Part shown: positions 30,700-45,357 of the stretch, piece after piece
Layout of the letters: every line of letters begins with the position of its first letter
How positions within the stretch are numbered: the stretch's first letter is position 1
Assembly: GCF_009914755.1 (NCBI RefSeq)
Contig: NC_060928.1
Source: the human T2T-CHM13v2.0 reference genome, Homo sapiens
Length of the DNA stretch: 64,000 bases
Reading direction: 5' to 3' (one strand)
Notes under the pieces: model-generated
Told to the model about the DNA's origin: nothing
Databases searched by the model: none
The model's input: the letters and a program-made list of their open reading frames with translations, nothing else
Position numbers and translations under genes: made by a program

Positions 30700-33179
30700 T
30701 AATGTTCTTGAGTATATTAATTCTCCTGTTGTTTACATGTGTTTATTCTTCCTTACAGTGGTTTGTAACTTTTTGGTTGTCGTTGTTGTTGTTAACTCAT
30801 TTTTAGAGTTTAGGAAAGAAAAATTTGTTCAAAACCAAAAATAGCCCAATGGAGAAGTTTTGTGTTTGCTTCTACAAGGTTCCAGGGTTTTAAATAAATC
30901 CTTTATATCTATGTATTATAATACCAAAAGGTAATAAAAAAGCATATCCATACCTATGATTTATGCAAGCCCACCATTTGAATTTTTCCTGTACAAAATA
31001 TCCAGCCATATCCAACTTGTAGCACCAAGGCCGTAGAGTCTATTTGTCTGAGATAGAAATTTTTGTGTTTATACAGCCTTTCTGAGTGTGTAATTAATAG
31101 AAGTTAGGATACATCTGCATCACTTTTGTTTCCAACTATCTAGATATGCCCTAATCAGTTAACTCTTAGTGATAATGGTTAAGATGAGTATGGTTTCTTG
31201 AACTATACTGTCTACATTTAGAGTCAAGCACTGCCTCTTAATAGTTTTGTGAATGGGGCTAGGTGCTCAGCTTCCTTTTCCATTAATGGAAGTGAGCAGT
31301 TCTTAGAAAGGGGCTTGGGACGTAGCAACTCATCAACATTTGTTAGTTATCTGTGGTATTTACTAATATTCTGTTTCTACTTCTTTCTGTGGATTTTAAG
31401 TATTTATTTTTCATATAAAAGTTTTAACTTTTTAGATGAATGTCTATTACATTTTTCTTTTGTGAGTTTCTTCCATCGTTTATGGTTATATTATTCATAC
31501 CTTCCCAGAGTTTAACAAAATCATCCAAAATGTAGGTAAACATAGCAGAAATATAAGAACAAAATATGAGCTGCTTGAATAAGTTGGTAAATTAATGAAT
31601 ATTAGAAAAAGAAACTAGTGATCTTTCTCCATGTCATTTCAGAAAACTAGATCATAGATTATTTGATGTCATATATCATGCATTCAAGTGTGAAACAGGA
31701 TTACCTATAAGTTGAGAAATAGTTACAGAGTTTGTTAAAGATATTTGCAATAGACTTTTTAGCACCCAAGCTACTATAGTCAAAACCGACAAATGTGTGA
31801 AGAAAAAAAATAGTTAACATTTTAGTGACATTTTTAAAAAGTTCACAACATTCAAAAGAAATACTACAGCTGAGAAATGGAAAATGACTAAGTTATCTCC
31901 AATATCTGAAAAAGGTCACAAGAATTGCATAGCCACTGAATTTAACCCTATCTTTTGGGGAAGCCTTAACCAGACATTACTTTGACTTTATTACAATCAA
32001 AATCTGAGTATATTTAAAACCTTACAAAATGAGTATTTTTCATTTTCATGGCAATCATAAAAGAGGTTTATCATTTGATAAATTAAAATGTTAAAAGTAT
32101 ATGATTTTAATTTGATGATTTTAATATTTTAAATTGGGTAAAAAGCATATAAATTCTTAATCATATATTACCATAATCAAATACTCTTCTTCCTTTATTC
32201 ATATAGAAAAAAAAATCCCAAGCATCATCATTCAATACTAATGGCAAGAGTAAAACAGAATAACCAGAGGATGATTCGCCAAATGAAGTTTTCAACTTTA
32301 AAATAAATTACATATATAATGAGTTCAAGAATTCATTTTACATTCATACAGTATTCATGTTATATGAACCACAAGGCACATTAATAATAAAGTGATTCAT
32401 AAAGCCTATTAAAAAGAAACCAGTCTGTTAACTGACTATACTCAAAATGGAAATGGAGAAAAAACCATTATGAGAAAGTAGGCAAATAGGCTAAAAATTT
32501 AGATTGTTTTGTTGACTGGATCAGGAGATAAACGCAAACACAGAGTAGGCTAATGCAAAATAATTAGATAGAGAGCAAGGAACACTACCAGGTACTCTAT
32601 AAGTCATCTCATAGTTTGAGTAAGAATATGGCTGTTAGTTATTAAAGCTGCTTTTGCTTTTTTTTTTTTTTTAAGATGGGATAGGACTCTACCTACTGCA
32701 TTAAGAATGGATTTGTTCCTAGGTGAGGTTCTTATGTGGCATACTACATAGACTGTAGAGAATAAACATTATATTATCTCTAAGAGAGTAAGTTGATAGG
32801 AAAAAGAGAGGCATTAGCATGTTTAAAGATTTTGCTACATATCCTCATAAACAATTAATCCAGTGATTAAATTATACTTTAACAGTCCGTCACTAATTTC
32901 TTGTTTAAACAACAAAAAGTAAAAGAAAAGCTTCTATATCTAGATTAAAGTTTATAAGACTCTAAGAGATCAGTTAGTACACAAAATATTTGTCAAACTT
33001 TTTTTCCAATGTAATGGTTTCTTCAAAAATTTGTGACAGTGACAAACTCGTGCATTACGTTTTATTAATCTTTGAAAGCAATGATTGAAAGTTATTTCTT
33101 TGGGTTTTAAAAATACATATCTATACCTAACCAAGTTTGTTTATTTTTTAATTAATCAAAAATAAGCACATTCTTTTCT

Positions 33180-33430
33180 TTTCTGATTGATTATCAAGAA
33201 GAAAGGAAAACTCTAGTGCCTTCTGTGCTATCCGAAAATGAGCTTAATTGCACAGGTTGCTATAACTGACGTCACCTAAATGGGAGCTCCATACAAGCAT
33301 CAGTCATCTCCTTTTGTGCTTTATTCCATTTCTCTTTCTCACATTCCTAAATGTATTGCATGCACTACTTTATAACGCTCTGTATCTGGCACCTTCGCTT
33401 TTCAGAAGAAAAGATAGTTAAACGTGGTAA
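33180..33430. promoter_or_regulatory. Candidate regulatory element (CRE with adjacent X-box-like half site)
   Basis: TGACGTCA at 33267-33274 directly after gttgctataac; several surviving CpGs; no repeat recognised. Confidence 0.35.
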
Positions 33431-35284
33431 TAACCAGTCCAAGCAGATTTTCTGGAGGTGGTCATTGTAAATAGAATCCCTAGACTATTAAATTTTTTCC
33501 TATGCCCTATAAACACTATAGAACAGCAAATCTACTCCCTCCCAGTTCAGATGAATACTATTTCCTTCTCCTTAGGCAGAGAAAATTCTTCCATGTGTCA
33601 AATAGCCTCATAGTGATTTGGCCTATGCAGTGGAATGGGAGAATGAAGAAAAAGATACCTAAGAAAAGCAGTTTTATTTAGTCAGGCTACTTTAAGGTTT
33701 CTCACAGATAACTAAGAAACACAAGCTCTCCCCCCTTGATTATCTGGCTTCTCTTTCCACACAGATATAAAAACTACAACAGAACCAAAATAAAAAACAC
33801 ATACAACCAAAGTTTACTGCCTTCAAAATATTATAGTATGTTGGTCTATACAATTGAATTAGCTGCCACTTTTCTATGAAATATGGATGAGAAAAACAAA
33901 GGTTGGTAATACTCTCACATATCTGGAAGCATTTTGTTTTAAACTCAGGCAAACATGCACCACCATGGTATTCAGGTAGTGCTATTAAAATCCACCTGTT
34001 TATTGGCTAAAGGGAATGCTCAGTTTTCTAAAATAACAACCCAGTGACATTTATAAATTTTTTAAATGCATGTTAATACATTAAAGAACTGAGTTCATGC
34101 TAAATAATTTGGATTTGAAATAACTGTAGTCATTCTCTACTTTTTTTGGAATGAAATGAACCAAAACCAGAAATGAAGGAATATTGATAAAGCTAATCTG
34201 TAACAGCTGGAAGAAAATGTTGATGATAGGCTTGACAGAAACATTGGGTTGCCCCATTATTAATGGTAGTAATGTAGAAGAAGGAACCAAATATAACTGG
34301 TAGGATGTTGCCAACAGAGAAAGTACAGTGAGAGAGCAGAATCAGAGAGGAAGATACTAGGTTCAGTTCTGGACATTCTGAGTATAATATGTCTGAGGGA
34401 TGCTAGGATAAGGAAGAGAGCGGCAGTCGTACATTTGCATCTAAGATTCATGAGATATAAAATTAGTTGTTTCTGACCCAAGACCTCAAGGAAGACAAAA
34501 ACCAGAGACCCAAGCAAAACCAAGCAGAAAGACCAAGCTCATAGAGCCAAAAAGGGAGGCTGAAGAAATACCACAGAAAGACACAGACACAGAAACTAAA
34601 ACATAGAGGCAGAAATCTCCATGTCAAGAAGTCAAAAAGGCAAGTGGGAACATGTGTGCCAAAAAAAGGTTGTGTTTTATGTGCAGGTCAGGACGTAGTG
34701 AGAGAGCGACTGGAGAGAGTATAAAGGACCAGTAACCAAATGAACAGACAATTAAAGAGATTTTAATTTGAGCATGTCTTATTTCTAGGAGCTATGTGTA
34801 AATAAAGAAATAGAAATTTACATGAGTAAAAAATATCCTTATGTAACAGTGAATCCTATTGAAACCACTGCATATGATGAGCTATGATTGTAGATGGTTT
34901 ATGCTTATTTCCATCTTATAAAATAAAATGAAAGTCAGATTCAGGACAATTATTTTCTGATTTTTAATTCCAGCCTTCTCCCTCAGGAGAGAGAGAATTA
35001 ACAATAAAATAAAGTAAGAAGGCATTGAGATGAGAGAAATATGATAGATGAATCCTCTTAATGAGAGTTGGGTGATTTTAAAACACAGCTGACTGAGACT
35101 GGAGGCACATTTGCCTTTCTGGTTTGTACTACATTTTCAAAGATTTTCACTAAACATTTTCTGTGTTTTATAGTGTGGGGGTAAAATTATTTTGCAAGGA
35201 AGAATTTGGCACATTATATATTTTTCCTAAAATATATTATACTAGCTTTCAAAATACATTATACAACATGTAATCTTTAATATA

Positions 35285-36076
35285 TAGTAGTCCCCCTTCA
35301 TCTGTGGGGAATATGTTTCAAGACCCCTAGTGGATGTCTGAAATCATGGATGATACCAAACACTGTATATACTATGTTGTTGTTGTTTTTATACACATTC
35401 TTATGATAAAGTTTAACTTATAAATTAGGGACAATAAGAAATTAACAACAATAATAATAAAACAATTATAATGAAATACTGTAATAAAAGTTATATGAAT
35501 GTGGTCTTTCTCTTTCTCTCAATATATCTTATTGTACTGTATGCACAATTCTTGTGATAATGTGAGATGATAAAATGCAATGAGATGAGATGAGATGAGG
35601 TGAATGACTGATATAGGCATTGTGATGAGATGAAGTGAGCTGAATGACATAGGCATTGTGATGAGATGAAGTGAGGTGAATGACATAGGCATTGCGCTGT
35701 AGCATTAGGCTACTATTGACTTTCTGATGATATGTCAGATTGGGGATCATCTGCTTTGGTTGATCCTGGATCATCAAGCCATTACAATATCGATGGTTGG
35801 GTATTAGGAGCAGACAGTGTCGATGTCAATGTTTATGACTAATGAGTAGGTAGTGTATACAGCTAGATACACTGGACAAAGGGATGACTGACATCCTGGG
35901 AAGAATGGAGCAGGGCAGCCTGAGATTTCATCACATTACTCAGAATGGCAATTTAAAACTTACTAATTATTTATTTTTGGAATTTACCACTTAGTATATT
36001 TGGATTACAGTTTACTTTGGGTAAGTAACTAAAACTGCAGAAAACGTAACCACAGACAAGGGGTGGGGAGCTACTG
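35285..36076. mobile_element. MER44/Tigger7-derived DNA transposon
   Basis: tagtagtccccctt ... ggggagctactg with TA flanks; gagatttcatcacattactcagaatggc. Confidence 0.9.
35578..35695. repeat. Tandem triplication of a ~36-bp unit inside MER44
   Basis: gatgagatgaagtgaggtgaatgacataggcattg, about 3 imperfect copies. Confidence 0.88.
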
Positions 36077-36849
36077 TACTTGATTTATGGTGAAATGTGC
36101 ATCTTTATAGAATTGTTACATATTACTATGTCATGTACAATATATTGATTATCACAGAGTTTAAACTGTGTCAGTTATCTGAGTAAATGTTTCCTGGCCA
36201 CAATCTCTAGTTGAAACAATAAAAATAGTCATATTCATATTATTAGAATAATAATGCTATTGCTAATAATTCAATGTTTTGCAAATAATCTTAGAATACT
36301 TTAAGTAATTGAAGTGATTCTTGTACATGGTATACATTTTATCTGCAGCAAAATACTGAAATACTTCTCTGGAGATCCATAGATATTCTGAGAAGGTGCC
36401 TGAGGGACCATCTTAGGGGAGGAACTAAATAGAAGTGGGAAAAAAGATCAGCACCCAACTTTCTCCCAGAACAGCTGCAATTGTGTGTTCATCCTATTGA
36501 CTTCTTATTTTAAAATTCATTTTAAGACAACGTTTTAATGTTGGGAAAAATAAAACTTAATATTCCAAGAAGAAGTTTATATCAGTTAAGGATTAATATT
36601 ATAAATACAATATGAATGGAATTTGAAAAAAACATTTTCTGAGTGTTTATAGATTTATCTGAGTAATGCTATTCCTTCAGTTTCATATGACTCGAAAACA
36701 AGTTTTCATACAGCAGGTACATCCCAATGGTAAATAAAATTTTTTCTTTCTTTCAAATTCACAAATTAGTTTTAAATATACATCACACAAAATCATATGA
36801 AGACTGATTTATTTGAGAACATTTATGTGCATATTGAGTGTGAACAGTA

Positions 36850-39090
36850 CTTTGTAAGAAGCTTATAAATCATTCCTCCATCATAACAACAACTAGAAAA
36901 ATAAAAAAATCAACAACTCTTTCTTAGTTTCTTCAGAGAACTGAAGTTACAAGACAAACCATTGCCCAGAAAACTGAAGGGATAAATAGAAACAGAGAAC
37001 CACAACTTAGTGGGGCAGAAATTCATTCTGAAATTTCTGTGGGAACCAGTGTTATGGTAGGAAAATCTGAACTGTAATTGATGAATTGCTGGAAGCTCAG
37101 TGTGGACAAGTTTAAGAGATAAAAACTCCAGGGAGACGCAGTCAGTGGGCATCCCCAAACTTTGGTGAGTTTCACCTCCAGGAGCTTGCCTTGGTTCTCA
37201 CAGTGAATATTGAAGAAACATCTAGTGCTTTCAGCAGGGAAAGGGGAAAAGGAGCCATTTTGCAACATGTGAGAGTATTCTGTTCTTAGCAAGGCCTGCT
37301 CTCAGGAAGAAAATATGTCCATACAAAACCTGCACACAGATGTTTATAGCAGCTTTGTTCATAATTGCCAAAACTTGAAAGCAACCAAGATGTCTTTCAG
37401 TAGATAAACTAATTATTAATTATTTTATTACCTAATTATTAACTGTGGTACATCTAGATAATGGAATACTATTCAGCAAGAAAATTAAATGAGCTACCAA
37501 GCCATGAAAAGACAAGGAGGAGCCCTAAATGCATGTTACTAAGTGAAAGAAGTCAAACGGAAAGGCTACATGTGATTCATCCTATATGTCATTCTGGAAA
37601 AGATAAAACTATGGTGACAATAAAAGGATCATTGGTTGTTGCGGGAAGTCAGGGACCCTGAATGGAGGAACAGGCTGAAGCCATGTTAGAAGAACATAGA
37701 TTGTGAAAGATTTCATGGACATTTATTAGTTCTCCAAATTAATACTTTTATAATTGCTTATGCCTGTCTTTACTGCAATCTCTAAACATAAATTGTGAAG
37801 ATTTCATGGACACTTATCACTTCCCCAATCAATACCTTTGTGATTTCCTATGCCTGTCTTTACTTTAATCTCTTAATCCTGTCATCTCGTAAGCTGAGGA
37901 GGATGTATGTCACCTCAGGACCCTGTGATAATTGCGTTAACTGCACAAATTGTAGAGCATGTGTGTTTGAACAATATGAAATCTGGGCACCTTGAAAAAA
38001 GAACAGGATAACAGCAATGTTCAGGGAACAGAGAGAAAACCTTGAACTCTGACCGCTGGTGAGCTGGGTGGAACAGAGCCATATTTCTCTTCTTTCAAAA
38101 GCAAATGGGAGAAATATCGCTGAATTCTTTTTCTCAGCAAGGAACATCCCTGAGAAAGAGAATGCGCCCCTGAGGGTAGGCCTCGAAAATGGCCCCCTTG
38201 GGTGTGGCCGTCTTCTATGGTCGAAACCGTAGGGATGAAATCAGCCCCAGTCTCCCATAGCGCTCCCAGGCTTATTAGGATGAGGAAATTCCTGCCTAAT
38301 AAATTTTGGTCAGACCGGTTGCTCTCAAACCCTGTCTCCTGATAAGATGTTATCAATGACAATGCGTGCCCGAAACTTCATTAACAATTTTAATTTTGCC
38401 CCGGTCCTGTGCTCCTGTGATCTCGCCCTGCCATTTGCCTTGTGATATTCTATTACCTTGTGAACCACGTGATCTCTGTGACCCACACCCTATTCAAACA
38501 CTCCCTCCCCTTTTGAAAATCACTAATAAAAACTTGCTGGTTTCACGGCTCAGGGGGCATCACGGAACCTACTGACAAGTGATGTCTCCCCCGGATGCCC
38601 AGCTTTAAAATTTCTCTCTTTTGTACTCTGTCCCTTTATTTCTCAAACCAGCCGATGCTTAGGGAAAATAGAAAAGAACCTACATGAAATATCGGGGGTG
38701 AATTTTGCCTGATATCTGGCTGAGTTTCCCCTGATAATTGGTCCCAGAGGTTAGGGAGGAAGGAGGTGGAGAATAGAGGGTTTTTTTTTGATCACTGAAA
38801 CTATTCTATATAACAATGTTGGATACATGTCATTATACATTTGTCAAAACCCATGGAATGTATACTAAGAGTGAACCCTAATGTAAACTATGGACTTTAG
38901 ATGATAATGTTGTTGTCTCAATGTAGGTTTATTGATTATAACAAATGTACTACTATGGTCTAGGATGTTGATTGAAGGGTTGTCTGTTTGTGGGAACTGG
39001 AGTTTATGGGAACTCTCCATACATTTTGTTCAATTTTTCTGTGAACGTAAAATTGCTCTAGAAAATAAAATGTATTAATGGAAAAAAAAA
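36850..39090 (+). mobile_element. L1MC-type element: 5' UTR (to ~37308) fused to 3' end, interrupted by MER11
   Basis: 5' UTR-like gaattgctggaagctcagtgtggacaag; 3' part aagagtgaaccctaatgtaaactatggactt, aataaa and A tail. Confidence 0.78.
37637..38736 (+). mobile_element. MER11 solo LTR (HERV-K11/HML-8)
   Basis: tgttgcgggaagtcagggacc ... ttcccctgata; perfect 6-bp TSD attggt, the length expected for ERVK. Confidence 0.96.
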
Positions 39091-39479
39091 AGACAAGAAG
39101 ACATTAAAAATGTTGGCTTTCTTGCATTTTCCATTTCATTGTTAAAAGCAATGGTCAAGGCTGAAATGAGAACACGAAAAAGCGATAATGATGGAGGTTG
39201 GGGGGTGGATAGTAAGGATTCCTGTGGGATGGTCATTTTATCACTAGTATTATGTAGAATTGCCAGCTCATGGTGATAATAATCCAACTAACTTTTAGTG
39301 GCTTTGAACATGATTTTAAATTTTTCTACAATATACTCACTTATTGCTTGCATGTAAGGCAAATTTTCCATACTACCCCTTGGTATATATCAGGGACAAG
39401 GAAGATGGTTACAGGGAAGGAGGAAGTTTAGCCAGAATCCCTTATGACTTTTAGAGAGAAAAGCCTACATTAATGTCAT

Positions 39480-41690
39480 TACTTTCTTTTTAATTTATTT
39501 TATTGAATTTTTATAAAATTATAAAGAAGAATGCTCACTGAAGCCAGTAGAAAAAAAACCCCACAGAGCTGTATTTTTAAAAGTTAATAAACCACTAACT
39601 CTCCTCAAATACAAAATTCTTACCTAGCAGGTAGCAAATAACTTTTTGTGTGGGTTGACCCATACTTTTCTCTTACTAAAACAAATATACACATAAAGAT
39701 TTAACTTATATAAATATATGGCATTATGTAGTATATATAATTCTTTAACATGCTAGTTTAGTGATATATATGGTTCTCTACAAGTTAATTCATACAGCAT
39801 TAATTCATTTTCTTATTCATTCACTCTATTAGCATATTTTTTGTTAAAAATATACTACTGTAATTTATTCAAATCTTGCCTATGGATAAGAGGGTGTTGC
39901 TTATAAAAATATTGAATAAACATCTTTGAAAATAGAGCCTCATATATAATTTAATTATTAGGGATAGTTTCTAAAACATAGATTTTGCTGGGGGCAAATA
40001 GTTTTTCCAAAAATACTTTAGCACTGAATGTTTTCATTCTTTATTTTGCCAAACTTTTGTTGAAAACAGTATATAATTGTTTTGATTAATATTTCTTTGC
40101 CAAATAATTTGAATTTCTTATGTTTATAGGTCATTTACCCTTCCTCCAAATGAATTGCATATTTGTATATTAGGTGTGTTATGACTTTTTCTTAGAAATC
40201 TTCACTCTTTAACTACAATGTATAATGTATACAATGTTTATCAAAAAGTTTTCACTTAATCTAACATATATGTATATATGTTATATATAATACATATATA
40301 ATATATGCATATATGTAAAATATGTATATAATATATATGTACCATATTCAACGTATGTTACATTCCATATAATATTGTGTACTGTGTATTACATATGTAT
40401 GGTTGGTATGTGTGTACAGGTCCTACATGGGTTTTCTTTTCAATATTCCATAAAATTCATCTTCTGTCATACTATCACCCTTGTTCACACTGCTTCACTG
40501 TTAATTGCTCTGCTCTCCCCTAACATACCATGAATACTTTGACCTTAGAGCTTTGCACTTGTTGATCTTGTTGAACAGAGGCTTTTTCTTCAGATTGTTG
40601 CCTGGAATGACCGCTGACTGCTTAGATGCCTCTTCTGAAAGGTCCTCTTCACAGAGACTTTCCCTGGCCGCTTATCTAAAAGGCCAGCCAACCACCACCA
40701 TCAGGCTCATTCCTGTGTGATTTTGGTTTCTTTTTTCTTTACGCCACTTACTACTACCTAAAAAAAAAGTTAACTTGTTTATATGTTTATTTTTTCTCTG
40801 TACCATTAGAATGTAAGCTCTTGGAGGAAGAAATATTGTCCATCTCTCTCATGCCTGTATACCTAGTGCTAAAGACATGTGGGCATTTAGTAAATTTGTT
40901 AAATCAATGAATGTATGAATTAATATATTGTATTTAATTTTTAATGTGGTAAATATTTGAATAATATTCAGTTTTCCTATACAGCATTGTGGCATGTTTT
41001 CCATATATGTTCAGGTTTTATTTGGTATCCTAAAACAAACTTCTATAGTTTTCTTCATATGTATCCAGTAACTTAGTAAATTTACTTCCTAATATATCTA
41101 GTTTTATTTGGGACATTATAATGCCTAGTTATACTTTCATAATCAAAATTTTCTAATTTGTTATTTTAACTTAAAAAATTTTTCTATATATAGCTTGTTC
41201 AACTGACTTTGCAATATTCTCCTACTAATGCTAATAGTTTTAATACCATTTCTTTTTTCTTTTTGCCATATACATGTTATTCATATCTCACATTGTAACA
41301 TTTTCTCTGCTTACTTGATTATTTTTCCATATTGCATTGTTTAGAATCTCTAAAACAGAATTGAATGATAGTGATTCTGGAGGATATCACTGTATCCATC
41401 CAGATTTTAATGGAAATAAGATTAGTGTTTTAACATTTAATATTATGCTTGCTATGAACATTTTCCATATAATCTTTAAATTGTTTTAATGTGCTATCAA
41501 ATTATATTTTAGTTGAGCTTATTATTAGGACAGGTCCCTGAATTTTGGAAGCAGTTTTGCAGCATCCTTTAAAATAATTACATTGTTGTTATCACTTAAG
41601 TTACTATTGCAATTAGTTACACTGGAATATTTTCTTTCATCCCAACAATAAACTCTAAGTGGTTCCAAATATTATTCTCTTTCTGAATCA
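39480..41690 (-). mobile_element. Highly diverged L1ME fragments
   Basis: T-rich reverse L1 motifs (gaattgaatgatagtg, ttttaatggaaat); boundaries approximate. Confidence 0.6.
40440..40920 (+). mobile_element. L2 3' end
   Basis: gctttgcacttg, ccattagaatgtaagctc, tagtaaatttgttaaatcaatgaatg. Confidence 0.85.
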
Positions 41691-42239
41691 GTAAATATTT
41701 ACTGATCATGAGTAGACACCTGACACTTTTCCAAATGACATCTTCAAATGGATATATCAAAAAGACAGTTGGATAATTAATTTCGGAGTTTGGGGACAAA
41801 ACCACAGCCAGATTGGAGATAGTATTTGGGAATCACCAGCATGGAGTAGACCAACCTATAACAATTTAAAGGTCCTGTCATTGGGTTGTGAACAGTTACT
41901 CTATTAGAGTCCTCTGAGTGTGTGTGTATATGTGTGTGCACATGCATGCACATATTGGTATGTAACCCCTCAGTAAATATTAACTTTGTTTTTTGGTGTT
42001 ACTATTTTATTTTACAGTAGCTTATATAGTAACTGTCATTATTTCTATTAATTTATACCAGTCACATTTGTTCTCTGACACAGGGGTCATTTATAATGAC
42101 AATTTATCATTTCGTATAACAGTTTCCAATTTTCAGCTCTGAACTCCTAATCACCTGAGTGGATGCCATTAGTTCTAGGGATTTATTTGTCCTTATCCTC
42201 CTAGAAAAGTATGCAAAGAAAAATTTTATATCATTGTAA

Positions 42240-42603
<364 letters not shown>

Positions 42604-43684
42604 TCGCTTTTTAAATAATTAAAACCTCCTCATTTCCTTGTTTTTGTCATTATCTACTATTGCTTTTCTATATCCTTTGACAAATCTTATCCCTAGTTTA
42701 CATTAATTCAACACATATTTGTAAATCAGCTACTACGTGATAAAAACTAGCATGTTAACTAAATAAAAATGCATCATGCACAGGTAAGGCTTGTGAAGAA
42801 TAGGAAGTCTAATTAAAGAGATTAAGCTATCGCATAAGTAATAATACAAGGTAGAAACTAACACATTTATGATATAAAGGATGAAAACGTTAAACAGATT
42901 CAAATGAGGTTGCTGGTATTTCTGCATGGAGTGACAGGCAAGCTAACATTTACACTGGGTTTTGAAACATGGATTGATTTTGGAAATGATAGGTAAGTGA
43001 TACACAAAGCAGAGTAAACAGAATACACAAAGTAAATAAAGTGGAAATACTGAGTCAAGTAGTATGGAGAATCACAAGTACTTTTATTAAGCTAAAATTA
43101 TAAATATAAAACGAACTAATAGAAAGTCATATTTAAAAAGCACATTGGAATCAGAAAAATGTAGGGCTTAGGAGTAAATTAAGACTTTTTACTTTTTACA
43201 GTGACCTGATCATTTTATTTCTGATAGATTAAAAGGACAGCAACTTGAAATATGAACTGGAAAAATTAATAATAGACGATCACTGTAATTTTCTTATGAT
43301 AACCTTGATGACTGCCAATTAGTAGGGCAGTATTTGTTTTTATCTTGTATACCATTTTGTCCTGAATCTTAAATTATTTCAACATAGTCTCTAAATTATG
43401 TAGATTGTTTTTTAAATGCTACTTTTTAATTATTTTTGTACTCATTTAGTTATAGTTTAGTTTTAATGAAATTAACTCTATGATAAGTTTGTTAGGTTTT
43501 CTCTTTTGCTAAAATTTTAATTTCATTATGCTATCACGATTGCCTAATAATTCAAAATGACTAAAAAAAATGAGGAAGGGCTTGTTAACTGTATCGCTAG
43601 ACTTACCATACATTACTAATTTGTTAAATTGATTTACAAGTATCCCAATGATAAACACAAAATGAACCCTAGAAACCAAGCCAA

Positions 43685-43687
<3 letters not shown>

Positions 43688-43730
<43 letters not shown>
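43688..43730. repeat. (TG)21 microsatellite
   Basis: Read directly; uninterrupted. Confidence 0.97.
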
Positions 43731-43734
<4 letters not shown>

Positions 43735-44529
43735 TATATGTGAAAGACCAGGCAATATAAGTAATTGGATGATGGATGCAAAGACAATTGTTCATCCTCA
43801 TTAATAATAATTGGATCCCTACAACAACAGCATACAAACACACTCAAACAAATATTAGATTGATTAAATATTTAAATATAAAAACAAAAAATTTGAAACT
43901 ATTAGAAGGATATACATAGCAGAATATGTGTGTGGTTATGCATGTGTATACACACACACACACACACAAACACTTAGGCATAGATAATGATTACTCAAAC
44001 AGGAATCAAAATACTTACAATAAATAAGGAGATTGCCAATTTGCCAAATCACTGATCGTATATATGGGTGTGGGTCTATATATGCATACAAATAGTTGAT
44101 TTTTATCAATTCTAAGGTTAAGGGAGAAAGATTGTTCTGAATATCCTTCAGATTACACTTAGCATGACAACCTTATTCTCACCAAAATGCACCAGACTAT
44201 AAATGGTATAAAGTACAAACTCTTCTGCATAAAAGATAAGAAGCTTTCAAAATCTATCCAAAATCCCTGATTAAAATAGTCTTCAAAGAATACTACATAA
44301 AGATAAATAATTTAGTGGACTATAAATGTCCTTTCGAATCTGACATTCTATATTAAATACTGGATTGCACAATAGAAATTGCTGTAGAATTGATTAGCAT
44401 CTAGATTTCTCAAATGGAGTCATTAAGACATTCCACAGATTTTACACTAACCAGATTTTAGAGTCTTTAGGAAGATTTTAGAATTGAATATCTGTGACTA
44501 ATGTAAATAGATTAAGGTTTCCATTATAG

Positions 44530-45317
44530 ATCAAGACAGAATAACAAAGACAAAATTTACTCTCTTTTATTCAACTCCTAGAAAACTAGGCAAAATATAT
44601 GAAACAATTGTCTTCAGCTATTGAACAACAGAAGGCACAGGACTGTGATACTCAAGAAAAGGGAAGCAAAGTGATTCCTACAATTGAACCAGCTTATTCT
44701 TTTGTAGCAGTAATGGATAATTTGTTTCCATATTTGCTGAAACTATAATTCTGTAGATCCAGGAAGCTGCACAAATAAGCATAGAGCTGAAAAACTATTT
44801 TGCACACTTGTAATAAAATATACTTAGCAAGTTAAATGAAACTGGTTCTTTGAAAAGATCAGTATAACTGACAAACTTCAAAATGATCAAAAATATAGGA
44901 AAGACAAAAATAATATAAAGCAAGAGAACCTCAGTACAGATCTATAGATATTAGACAAATAAGGGAAAATTATGCAAAGTTAATACATTTGACAATATAT
45001 AAAAGATAGACAAATTCCATGAAAGATACAAACCACCAATGTTCACTCAATATGACTGAGTTAACATGAATAGCCCAGTTTACTAAAGAAATTGAATATC
45101 ATTTAAAAGTCTTTCCGGTTTACCCATTTAAAAAAAGAAAACAAAAAATGAAATGGGAGGCACAGATTGCTTCAGTGATGAATTTTATCAGACGTGTAAT
45201 AGAAAATAATGCCAATTCTACTGAAACTCTTCAGAAAAGTGAAGGAGACAGACCTCCTTATCTCATTTTAAGAGGCCTGTAATACCTCAATACAAAAACC
45301 AGATAAAAACATTATAA
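44530..45317 (+). mobile_element. Old L1M 5'/ORF2 fragments
   Basis: ctggttctttgaaaagatca, gacaaattccatgaaagatacaaa, aatacaaaaaccagataaaaacatt. Confidence 0.8.
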
Positions 45318-45357
45318 AAAACATATTGGTCTCTAGTTTTCTTTAATTATAAAAACA

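Noticed and set aside
31870-32980. Possible CR1/L3 remnant (tggaaaatgactaagttatctccaatatctgaaaaagg)
   Set aside because: Only one short motif resembles CR1 ORF2; too diverged to call without an HMM search
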